Of a stretch of 64,000 nucleotides of DNA, positions 46,545-57,787 are shown one piece after another. The notes beneath the pieces are model-generated. The model ran no database searches. It had not been told where the DNA came from and saw nothing but the letters and a program-made list of their open reading frames with translations. The stretch comes from Paramoeba atlantica (taxonomy: Eukaryota > Protista > Discosea). The stretch spans positions 17,396-81,395 of the forward strand of contig CDRNVI010000179.1 of assembly GCA_977017575.1 (NCBI GenBank), written 5' to 3'. Within the stretch, counting starts at the first letter, position 1. Every line of letters begins with the position of its first letter. The position numbers and the translations under genes were made by a program.

Positions 46545-49500
46545 ATGACCAAGATAGCATCTTTTCTTCCTTTGTTTCTCTGTTTTGTGGGATTTCTGAT
46601 CCATGGGGCATCCTCTGAACGGCCCCGGCTTGATCTTGACGCCAGCCACTTATGGACTGTGAACAATACCGTTTTGAATTCTCTCTTTGTGATGGGAGGT
46701 TAATTTTATCTTTGTCAGAAAATACCTTTTTTTAGCGGATTTTCCATTGAAAAAAAAGACCGTTTTCCACGACTCTTTTTTCTTTGTCTCCCGCTCAATT
46801 TTTTTTTTTTGATCTCAGTTGCCACTCTCAATTTCGATCAGGAGTTGTACGTCAATGGACCTGTATCTATTTTTTTGCAAAGGTTATCCAACAGTTGTTG
46901 ATTTTTGAGCTCTGAGTTTTCTTTTTTTTTTTTACCAGACAACCGCTTGTGCATTTCGAGACGAAGTTTGCCCCGAAGTAACTTGCACCCCGTGTGATTG
47001 GGCAGTTCAAAATGTGAGTATCTCAATAGACCATCAAAATTATTTGAATCGTTTAACTTAACACATCATTTCTTCTTGATAGCCCACAACTTGCGGGAAC
47101 TCAGATTGCTGTGGCCCTCCTCAATGGAACGTTTCTCAAGGTGAGGTTGATGAATGGTGCAACCCTCTGCATGAATACGAGACCCTCACTGTTGGAACTG
47201 ATTCTGAGTATGTTTTTCTTGATAAAGATTTTTCTTTTCTTTTTTTTTTTTCCAATTTTGTTGGTTTGTCTAACGAGACCTCGTTGCTTTCCTTCTTAAC
47301 AAAAATAGCTTTTATGATGCTGAAGAGGGGGAATGGCGATATTTTCGCTTCTTTCTCCCTGAAGAGTATTATTGCCGAACGATTGCCATTTCCGCACGAA
47401 CGAGTTATGGGTTTGTGTCGCTCCTCATGTCTTCCCAAACTCCCACTCCCGATTTTGATGAGTATGACTGGCAAGCGGTATGTTTTTTTGAGACAGAGAG
47501 AGAAAAGAAAGAGAAAAGAGAGAAAAAGAGAGGGAAAAGAAAGAGAAAAGAAAGAAAAAGAAAAGAATAGCCAGATGAAAAAGAAAGAAAAAAGATTTTC
47601 TTTTTTCATTCTTGCAAATATTGTTTTTGACTACTTTAATCCCCCAGGGAGGTCCTTCTGCACAAGTAGGGATTGGAATAAACTTAGTGACTCTTTGTCC
47701 AACAGCCCATCCAACTTATACTCTCGGTACCTATGCGATTGGAATCTATGGAATTACGCCAGCTTCTGTTCGAATTGATCTTGAATATGCTGATGAGGTA
47801 AGAAGTTTCATTCTTTTTTATGTGATTTTTGCACAACACAAGAAAGAATACAAAATGTCTCTTTCAATTAAATAGTTCAAAGAATAAACAGATTACATAA
47901 AAACAAAGCAGACATTATCAATCCACAAACAATCAATCCCCACAAAAAGAACGCAAACTGTCCCACACATCGTTTCCTTTTTCTCTTATTTTTTTCTTGC
48001 CCCTTGTCTTTTCTCTTTGTACAGACACAACCACTCCCCGCATCAGATGATCGTCTCAGTTGTAGTGATGTTCCACCAGAAGAGTTTGGTCGAAGAGCAG
48101 GAACTAGAGGAGATCCAGTGGTATGTCTGGAGGATGGTGTGACTGAACTTGTCACTTCAACTGGAATTGGACCGTATGTGTTTTTTTTTTTTTTGGAAAA
48201 AAAAAATTGTTTCATTCTAACAAAGAAATTGTTGTTCTAGTTCTGCAATATTACAAATGATTGTCCCCCTCAAAGAAGGGTGCCAAAAAATCTCCTTTTT
48301 CGGACAAGCCTTGACAAAATCCGTTTCTTTTGCGGTCCATTGCTTAAGTTCAAATGGCAGTGCAATTCTCGGTATTTTTCTTTGTTTTTTCACAGAATTT
48401 TTTTTTTCTTTCATTAAATTGAAATGAACATACATCCTCCTCGATTAACACCACAAAAATGTTTTTTTTTGATTTTTAACAAAGTCTTTAAAATCAGGAT
48501 ATCGAAATACTTTCTGGAGCCGTTTTGGAGCTCGAAGAGATCAAGCAGTGTCTTTCAATCTATGTTTTGAGGAAACAACTTACCTTGCATGTGCTTTGAG
48601 ATTCTATGAACCAGGAGATGTTCAAGCAGTCTTCTCAACCACAGCCCAAGTAATTTGCTTCTTTTCAATGACAAAAAAACCTTTAAGGAGAGAGAAGTAG
48701 TTTTAAAAAATGGGGTGAGGACCTCTTATCCATTTTTTAATTTTTTACAACAAAGACATTTATGCGGAAAATGGTTGACATCCCACATGCAAGTCTTACT
48801 TACCAAGATGGGCTGAGTACTGTCACAACTGGTCCATTTGGGGGTTTCGCTGTTTGAATTTTCTTTTCTTTTTCATTATTCAATGAAAAAAAAATATCTT
48901 TAATCAATGATTTATCAGTGGCCAGCTGGGGATTATTATGGTTACGTTTATAATTGGATTACCTCTCCTTCAACAGATCCTTTAGTTCTCTATCCTGCAA
49001 ACTCCAATCTCCGTTATTATTATCACTCAAGTGACCTGATTCAAGAATACATGGATGCTGGTCTTGCAACCCCACTCAACAAGACCTTGGTTCATACATT
49101 TGCCATGAACGTGGGAAATAATCGAATGATTACTTATAATCAAACCATTGTTCTTTTTTCTCCCCCTCTCTTTCCTTTCCTCTCCCCTCTCCCCCTCCTT
49201 AATTCTTTTTCTTCTTAATCATTTTCTCTAGTTGTCAATTGCCGTCCTTGGAATCACAAATAAAGATGGTGAACCCGTCCTTTTGCCAAATGATGGAGTG
49301 GATCTCAATTCTCCTTCAGTTCCAAGTTATGCTCTTGCAAGTCGCTATATTCCTCACATTGCTGTTACAAGCCTCCGTCCTTTTGCCCCTTCTGGCTTCT
49401 GTGAGAGGTAATTCAAACCAAAGTGTCTTTTTTTATTTTTTCAAAATTTTGTTCTCTAAATGTCTCTCTTTTTAGTGAAAAATACAACAAGTTCCGGGCT

Positions 49501-52500
49501 TTAGTTGAAGACAAAATTGATAATCTGTTGGACGATTCTTTATCCTTTAATCAAATTCTCTCCAACAAAGTTTTCAATCCATTGTTTTCTTTCACTTTTT
49601 TGTCAAAATATTTTGACTGATTCATTTTAATTTTTTCCAAGTTTGCCATTGAAGTGTTCAATGCTGGAATCGCAGGAAGTTCGTGTAACTCTGCTGGTTG
49701 GTTTTTTTTTTCTCAGAAAAATTGAAAGAATAATCAATCTCATTTTTTCTTTTCTTTTTGCTAGTCTCTGATCTCTTGGAAACTGAACCAGCAAACATCA
49801 CCCTCCTTGATCAAATTGCTTGTGAAAATGACATTGCTTCTGAAACTCTTTTATGGTCATTTAATCCTTGTTGTAACGTATTCTTGGAAGTTTTGATTTC
49901 TTTTGTGATTTTCTTGAATATTATGTGTATATTTTAAACAAAAGAAACAACAGGTTACATCCTGTTGTATTCCTTACAATGTCAATGAAACTGTGGAGCT
50001 TTTTGTTGATGGATCAGGGAATGTGGAGGATTGTGGGGTCCCAGATTGTGCTGCTTCTTATTTGGAAGAAGTTGCATTTGCCTTTGACTATAGTGACAAT
50101 CCCATCCTTGGATGTACTTCAGGAATCCAAGTTTTTCTTTTTTCTCTTTTTTTTTTTTTTCTTTTTTCTCTTCTTCTCTAAATGGATTTTTATGTGAAAG
50201 GAATATCTTCTTGAACTGACTGCAAGAGAATTTGCTGACTACGATGTTTATTTGGTCCCTTGTCTTGTTGAATCTGGATTTGGAGGTAAGGGATTGACTC
50301 TCTGCCTTTATTTGAGTTTTTTGTGAACCCCTCCCCTTAAGAAGAATCTTTGCAGATCGTTTTGATGGTAATTCCTGCGTTGTTGATAGCGATTGTGACC
50401 AATGGTCAGGAATATGTGATTTTGAGACCGGGCTCTGCGCTTCACTTCCTATTGAGGAGGTATTTTTTATCTTTCTGTCCCTTTCAATTAATCTCTCTAA
50501 CTTTTTGTGGACGAAAATTTTCTCTTAGATTGAAGATCGATTCCTCAATTGTTTTATCAATACAATGTCCTCTTCTCTTGAAGAATATATTCGCGTCAAT
50601 GCATTTCCTGCTGGCTTCACAGAACCTCGTGACTCTCCTCTTTTTTTTGAGATGTTGAAACAAGTATCTTCAAAAATTGACTGTGTGAATCCTCATGATC
50701 CCCTTGATATATCAAAGAGAGAGAGATATGAATATGATGCAGATTTTCCTCTTTGTAAAGCTGACGCAATGGGACTTGATGGGAACCAACTTGACAGGAT
50801 AGACGAACTTTGTCCCCCTGGATTGTGTTTGGGAGATTTTTGTCGTCAGGTTTTTTTTTTTGATTTTGTTTTGTTGCTTTGTTGCTTTTTTCTTCTTTAA
50901 TCACGATTTATCGCCCTTCAGAACAACACAAACTGCCGTGCCCGATGTAAACAAGTTTACTCATATGTTCCTTTAGATGAAACAACTTGTGCTGAAGATG
51001 AGTGCATTCTTTCAAATGGTGCTTGTGATGGTAAGGATTATTTTTTGTTGGTCTGATTCTCAAAAAAAAATTAAAAATAACTTGGACACTCAATTTTCAG
51101 ATCAATTTTATTGCATGTATTGCCCAACCAACGGGATTGGTTGCACAGTTGTTCCAGGTTTGGATGAGGGAGCATGTGCGACTTCTTATGCTTGTGAACT
51201 TCCTGATGGGGAAGTTGTTTTTGATTTAAATGAAGAGGAGTGCAGGTTTGTCAAGTATCCTTCTATTTCCTTTTCTTTTCTTCCAAATTCATTTCTTCAA
51301 ATTTAGAAATGCTGGTTTTGGGTGCTCAGCAGACTGCTCTGGGCCGAGCTGTCAATCTTTCGCCAACATGGAGGGAGCATGTGCTTTTGAATCGACTGAT
51401 GAAACCAGTTGTGAAAACTGGGGTTCAGGCAATGGTTGGGATGTTATCTTTGATGACCCTCTGTGTATCATTACCTCTGAAGATATGACACAATCTCAAT
51501 GTCTTGCAGTAAGTCTTTTTTGTTCTTTTCCAAAGAGTGGTGGTGAAATCCCCCAAAATCTCGTTTTTTTTTGATTTTTTTGACTTTTGATGATATAGCT
51601 TCAAGCATTTCAACCCACAATTGAATGGTACACTTGTCCTTCATTTAGTCTTGGTGGCTGCAGTGCTGACAACTCTGTTATCCAGCGTTACATGAGTTGC
51701 TATGAGAGTTTGTGGAAGCCATGTGAGACTGAGGTGACCCTTTTTTATTTATTTTTTGTTCGATTTGTGGTGTCTTTTTCAAACTCAATTCTCTCTTGAA
51801 TCCTAGGCAGAGTGCCTTGGTTCAGGTTATTGCTCAGATAGACCTTATACCTCTTTGGTTCTCTCGTATGACTACCCAATCGAAGTTCAGGTTTTTACCC
51901 TCTCTTTCTTTCCCCACACAGACACAATATTCCTGATTTTTGATATGTTAGATTGGAAGTTGTTTTGGTTCTGGGGAATATTTTGGTGAGTCAGTTGTTC
52001 ACTGCAGCAATGCAGAAACTTATCTGGGAGTGGGATGCTGGTATGAGACTTTCTTTTTCTCAAGCTGTTTAACATTCCAATCTTTATCTTATCCTCACAT
52101 TCACTATTTTCTAAAAAGGAATCCAGTCCCAACAAATTTGAGTGAGTGCCTTCCATTTCATGGGACTTTTATTTATCAAAATTGGGTCACACCAGCGACA
52201 AGTGAGTCAGAATGTCTGGAAGTTGTTCAAGGCAGATATGGTTGCCTTGTTCCTGGTCCTTTGGATAATTTGTTGTGGATCCTGGACTCAGAGGAATGTG
52301 AATGTTGGGGTATGATTTTTATATTTTCTTTTTTCTTTCTTTTTTTTTTTTCTTTTTTTTTTTTTCATTCTTCACCATCACTTTCATTTTTTTTTCCCTT
52401 TTTATTTTCTGTCTCATCTTTTTCCACAAAGGTGGAACATCAAAATTTGCGTGGGAATGGACACCTGGATATTGGCGTGGTGGTGTCCCTCGATCACTTG

Positions 52501-54633
52501 AATGGAAACAAGCCCGTTCTGAGCCACTCTATCAACTCGAAGCACGTCTCTCTTTTCTTGATTTCAATGACTGGGTGAAGGGAAAGTGAGTTTTTTTTTC
52601 ATATGTTTGGATTCCAATGATGTTTGAATTCTTGATGATTAACTTTCCTCCTTTTTTCAAGTTCACTTGAAAAACTTCTTCAAGTACTCCGATCTGAAGT
52701 TCTTTGCACCTCTAATTCTGTAACTTATCCCATGTTTACCCTTGTTTGTGATTGTTTATCAGAACACAAAGGTTTCCTCTTTCAGTACTTATTTTTTAAT
52801 TGATTTAAAACTCTTGACTTTTTGATTTCCCTTTTGTTTCTCAGTTGGTTAACTAATTTTTTGTTTTCAGGCACTGAATGTTATATTGTTGAAAATGATG
52901 AGAAAGAGATTTTGATGGGATTTTCATTTGCCTGTCAAGGTGAAAACTCAACCATACATGTTTGGCTGCACCTTTCAACATCCTTTTCTTTTTTCATACT
53001 TAATAAGTGTTTTGCAGCACCCATCAGCCCAAATCAATTTTTCTGTGGATTCTTTAACACAAGGATGTACCCTTGTCAACATTTCTATCATTTACCAGGT
53101 CTTTTTTCTTTGGAAATGATTCTACCTTTTAATTTCTTTTTCTCTTAAAGATTTTTTTTCATTTTCTTTCCCTTTTCCAGAATTCATACAGTGCTCCTTT
53201 CATACCTCCTCCTGTTTCATTTGAATGGGAAGAACAAGAGTAAGTTTTTTCTTAAAAATTTTCCATTTTTTTTTGGAATTTTTTTTTACATTTTTTATCT
53301 TCAGAGACAAAGGAGTTGTTGTCAATCGAAAACATCAGTCTCCAGTTGGTGAATTGGTTGGAGATGGTTGTTCTCTCTCTTTCACTGAGACACAATACCT
53401 TGGATTTTTTGAAGTTTGTCTTCGGGTTTCATCCAGTTTGGATCAAACTTATCCAGTGGGAGATTTTGGTTATATTCTTGAGCTTGATTCTCAATGGATC
53501 TATCCCCTTGGTGCAAATGTCACTGTTGTGGAGCGCTTCAGCAGCATTTTTTATTGTGCTTCACTCAATTACTCTTCTATACCTTCCAAAGAAGAGGGTG
53601 TTGTTCGTCTGTTTGCCATCAATCGTCTTGAGAATTATGAAAAGGTGGATGATGACTATGTCAGCCAACAAACTAAAATTTTGATGTATTTTCTTGGTGT
53701 GTGCTATTGTCTTGAGATTCCATTTTTGCTTATTATTGTGGTATTTTTTCGCAAAACTCGCAAAACAGCTTCATTGTCACTTTGGTTATCTATTTGCTTC
53801 ATTCTTGTATGCATTTTTCGGGCTGTCTTCATGTTTTTGTATCCTGCAGGTAACAATATTATTCATCTTTTTATTGGCTCAATTCTCAAAATTCATTTTG
53901 TGTCTCCAGGAAAATTCAAGGATCAATCTTTGGCTGAGTTTGTTCTTTTTGAAATCCCAACCTTTCTTTTGCTCTCTGTGGTTATCATCTGTATCTACTT
54001 TTGGAAGAAAGTGGTCATTAAAAAGCACAACTTCTTTTCAAAGAAGAATCAAGAAGTCATTCTTGTTGTTGGGCTCACTTTTGTGTGGTCTATTTGGCTG
54101 ATTGTAACAGTTGTGTATGCTGAAGTTATCCTTGGTAACTAACTATCTTTATTTTTTTTTAAATTTTTTTTTTGGCTGATACTTTTCTTGTAGAGGAAGA
54201 GACTTCATCTCCTTGTGATGGTCGTGTCCCTGTGGATTATTCCAAGATTGAAGAAGATACCAGGACACTTGCAATTACTTATCAGTCTATTATTATTGCT
54301 GTGACAGTGATTCTGACTCTCCTCTGCCTGTATTATACTTATCTTCTTTTTCAAACAACAAAAAGAGTCTCAGGATCAAAGCAATTTGTTGCTCTTCTTG
54401 GTGGAATTATCTGTCTTGCTTTCACCCTTCGATGCATTCTTTTCCTTATTCTTCTTGCAATTGAGTTGTCATCTTCCATTTATTTGTTTATTACTTTGAT
54501 GATAACAGAAGTTATTCTGATGATTGCAATTCAAATTCAATTTTTCAGAAGACAAGCTCATCAAAGCTCAATTTCTTCATTAACAGATACAAAATCATCA
54601 ATTTCTAGTGGTCATGCAAGCACACACAAATAA
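46545..54633 (+). CDS. Very large 7TM receptor-like protein: signal peptide, long Cys-rich ectodomain, THH1/TOM1/TOM3-like membrane domain, ~35 exons
   Basis: Signal peptide MTKIASFLPLFLCFVGFLIHGASS; many Cys-rich exons; seven hydrophobic helices in the last three exons, including CIFRAVFMFL, FVLFEIPTFLLLS and FTLRCILFL. Confidence 0.8.
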
Positions 54634-54949
54634 CTTTTCTTTTTTGTTTTATTTATGTAAATAAAATGTTTCTTTATTTCACATGAGGTGAGATTTTGGC
54701 TGTAATTCTCTCCAGGTTATTTTGAACCCTTGAAGAAACTTAGTTGAGTCCTCAAAAAAAAATTGTATCCATGTCAGTTTTTTCAGTTTTTTTCTTGTGT
54801 TTTGAGTTTCAGAAAAGTTGAAAGATGAGAGAGAAACAAGATTTGTTTTTCTTTTTTTCAAGTTTTTTTTGTAATCTTTGTTGTTTTTTTGGTTTGGAAG
54901 TCTTCTTATATCTTTTTGTGTTTTTTTTCTTTTATTTTTTTATCTTTTT

Positions 54950-56010
54950 GGGAGAAAATGAGGTTTTTGTATTTTTTGGAATTCTGAAAATGAATTTTTT
55001 TTTGTTTGGCTGGCTTTTGGGTATTTTGTTTTTTGGAATTCTAAAAAATGATTTTCAAAATTCTGAAAAAGAAAAACTGTTTTTTAGAATTCCAATTTTC
55101 ATTTTTGAAATTCTGAAAAAAAAAGATTATTTTTCAGAATTTTAATTTTTGATTTTCAGAATTCTGAAAATGAGAGATTGTTTTTCAAAATTCTGAAAAT
55201 CAAAAATTAGAATTCTGAAAAATAATCTCAATGTGTCAACACTTTTTCAATTTTCAAAGAGCAGCATGTTAACACTTTTTCAAATTCACAAAATTGATTT
55301 TTCACAAAATAAAAAATTAAAAAATAGAGTTCATTTAACAATTTTCAAGTTGTAAAAATGAAATTTCAGAATTTGGAAATTGGGTTTTTAAAATTGTTTT
55401 TCAGTGATTCACCCACAAAATAGAGGTTTTTATGAAAAATTTTCATGAACTTTTTTTTTGGTTTTTGTTTTTTTTTTGGAGATGGAGGTGGTGGAATGGG
55501 ATGAAAATTGTGGAAGAAAAAACCTTCAAAAAGAAGAGAAGCTTCAAAGGCTTGGAAGATTGAAAATTGGTTAAGAGAAAATAGAAGAACAGGAGGGCCA
55601 ACTTCATTGGCTATGGAAATGTTTGCTGCTTTGGAGTGAAAGTTTGAAAACAAAAAGTTCATTGAGGACTTGTGAATGTCCAGTGGAGAAAAAGAAAAAG
55701 AAAAAGAAAAAGAAAATTTTTTTTGAATTTATTTTTGGCTTGAAAATCACTTTTTATGATTTTTGAAATCAGATTTGAAATGTAATTTCTGAGCCCATGA
55801 ATATTTTCAAAAAAAATTTTCAATGTTTTTGAAATTTGAAAAAGTGTTGATGTGCTGTTTCTTGAAAAATGATTTTTTTAATGCACTTGAGCTCTGAAAT
55901 TTTGAAAACAACTTTTTGGAACCCTTGAAACCTGATTTCAAATCCAATCTCAAAAAATTCAATTTTGCTTTTTCTGACAATTGAAAAATTTTAATTTCAA
56001 AAAAATTCAA
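54950..56010. repeat. AT-rich noncoding region with clustered ttctgaaaa/aattctg motifs, a 20-bp palindrome and an inverted repeat
   Basis: ATTTTCAGAATTCTGAAAAT palindrome at 55152-55171; 23-bp inverted pair 55236-55258 / 55828-55850 with one mismatch. Confidence 0.5.
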
Positions 56011-56072
56011 TTCATTGTAGCCTATTCCCTGGTTTTTTTGAAGGAATTATTTCTTACAAAAATATCAAAAAA

Positions 56073-56291
56073 TGTTGGATGCAACTTCTAACCTTATTAA
56101 GATAAATCTGGTTTCATCGAAGTTGTCTGGACATTGTCACATCCTCCTGAAACATTGCAATGCAACCACCTATTCCATTGTCACTTGTTCACGCAACCTT
56201 GTTTGTCACAAATAAAGTTTATTCTCATTTTCCTCTCTAAACCCTTGTGCCTTACATCAGTTTTATCATTTTCCCTGTTTCACCTCCAACA
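56073..56291 (+). mobile_element. Copia 5' LTR (219 bp)
   Basis: 7-bp terminal inverted repeats TGTTGGA/TCCAACA, internal AATAAA near 56210, PBS directly abutting. Confidence 0.8.
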
Positions 56292-56304
56292 GATTAAGAG
56301 TCTC
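56292..56304 (+). promoter_or_regulatory. Primer-binding site complementary to the anticodon arm (5' half) of tRNA-Lys(CTT)
   Basis: GATTAAGAGTCTC is the reverse complement of GAGACTCTTAATC (tRNA positions 28-40; anticodon loop CT-CTT-AA). Confidence 0.75.
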
Positions 56305-56501
56305 TGTAGCTCTATCCATGACTGAACTTACATATGGATTTAACAGCCAGGAAATCACTCAAGACTGAGAAGCATTGTCGATCAATCAGGCGAGAAGAAA
56401 TGAACACAATTTCTTGCTCTGCCAAGAAGTGCGATGTGACACGCATGAGGGGGGAGCGTGCTGAATGACGATTGAAGCATTGAAATGGAGTCCTTGCACC
56501 A

Positions 56502-57464
56502 TTGATTGGGTCTGATCAACCTGCTGATGTTCCAGAAAGGAACTCGTATGCGACACCTGAGTCACAGCTGCCCACTGAGAAGGAAAAGGATAATGAGAAC
56601 TGGATGGATAGTATCCAATTGGACAACACACCACTCTTCCAACCTCGTTCTTCAAATGCCTCTTGTTCTTCTACTTCTGCTCACCAGACTGCAACACCAC
56701 TAACATCAAAGCCTCAGAGAGATCCCCCTGATCACTCTGATCCTGACCCACCTGATTCTGATGATTCTTTTAGCTCTGACGATTATGGCAATTCCTCTGA
56801 TGAATTTTCATCAGATGAAGATGAGATTGAGTTGTACCCTCGAAAAGTCCACAAAGACCTGATGAAGGTGTAATACCCCTTCGATGGAACCAAGAAGAAG
56901 TATCAGAAATGGAAGGATGACATCACAAATCATCTGGATTTGTATGGTTTAGTGAAGTATCTACTCATCCCAGTTCCTCAAGTCCACTGCATGTGATTGG
57001 CAATGCGTTTTAATGCAAAGAAGGTCTATTGCTTCCTGTTCATCTGTCTGCAGTGGAACGCAAAACTTAAGATTGCTGTGCCCTTTTACAAGCATAAGCC
57101 CCACCGTGTTTGGCTCAAGTTGGAAGACGAGTATGACAAGAAAACAATGGCATCTTTGCTGGACCTCACGAACGAGTTGATGACTTTGAAAAAGAAGGAG
57201 AACGAAACTGTCAATGATTATGTATCCCAAGGTATGGCCCTCACCATAGAATCTGCTGAGAATGATGAACCTGTTTCAGAACACCGTATGATGGCTCTTC
57301 TTCTTCAAGGCCTTGGTCCTGAGTTCCAACCCATGGAGACACTCAAATATCAGAAAGATTTATCTTTTGAGGATTTGGTTGATAGTTTGGCACACTTCAA
57401 AGAAAAAGTCCTATCTAAATATGGCAAGGAATCCAGTTTTGGATTCCTGCCATGCATTGTGTGA
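56502..57464 (+). pseudogene. Copia gag (DUF4219 / Retrotran_gag_2-like), two in-frame stops, cut before the zinc knuckle
   Basis: ORFs 56502-56873 and 56997-57464 share one frame; TAA at 56871-56873 and TGA at 56994-56996. Confidence 0.8.
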
Positions 57465-57766
57465 ATGAGGCTCACAAAACCACCTCTGAAAAACAAAGTC
57501 AAATCAAGCTTTTAATTTAGCACTGTACTTTTAGCACCGCGTTTGGTCTTTTCTCTTTCTTTTTCTGTTTTCCCCTTCGTCATGATTGCGTTTCACCCCA
57601 TCCTGGACACGAATGATCACATAGCGACACTTTGGACATGAATCCTCTAAGAACCACCTTAGTGCTTCTTCTTTTGCTGATTTTCCCGTTGCCAATCCCT
57701 GTTTCCTGATTTCCTGCTTCTCCGCTCCTGCACAATAAAACCCCCTTAAATTATAATTATCGACAT

Positions 57767-57784
57767 TGGCGACGCCTGGTGAGA
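57767..57784 (+). promoter_or_regulatory. Gypsy primer-binding site TGGCGACGCCTGGTGAGA (tRNA 3' end; discriminator G, tRNA-Ser-like)
   Basis: TGG start 1 nt after the LTR-terminal CA; the complement ends ...GGCGTCG-CCA. tRNA identity is inferred. Confidence 0.7.
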
Positions 57785-57787
57785 TTC

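Larger units (their letters stand above)
56073..57457 (+). mobile_element. Truncated Ty1/copia LTR retrotransposon (5' LTR, PBS, degenerate gag)
   Basis: LTR with TGTTGGA...TCCAACA termini, adjacent PBS, and gag motifs FDGTKKKYQKWK and VWLKLEDEY...ELMTLKKKENETVNDYV...LLQGLGPEF. Confidence 0.85.

Noticed and set aside
55152-55171. Heat-shock element array
   Set aside because: The TTC/GAA spacing is 1 nt or 0 nt, not the nGAAnnTTCn geometry.
56376-57765. A 1390-bp gypsy LTR defined by TGTCGAT...ATCGACA that would contain the copia gag
   Set aside because: A 7-bp match within 1.4 kb can occur by chance, and the copia LTR-PBS-gag continuity is the simpler explanation. Not fully excluded without other copies.
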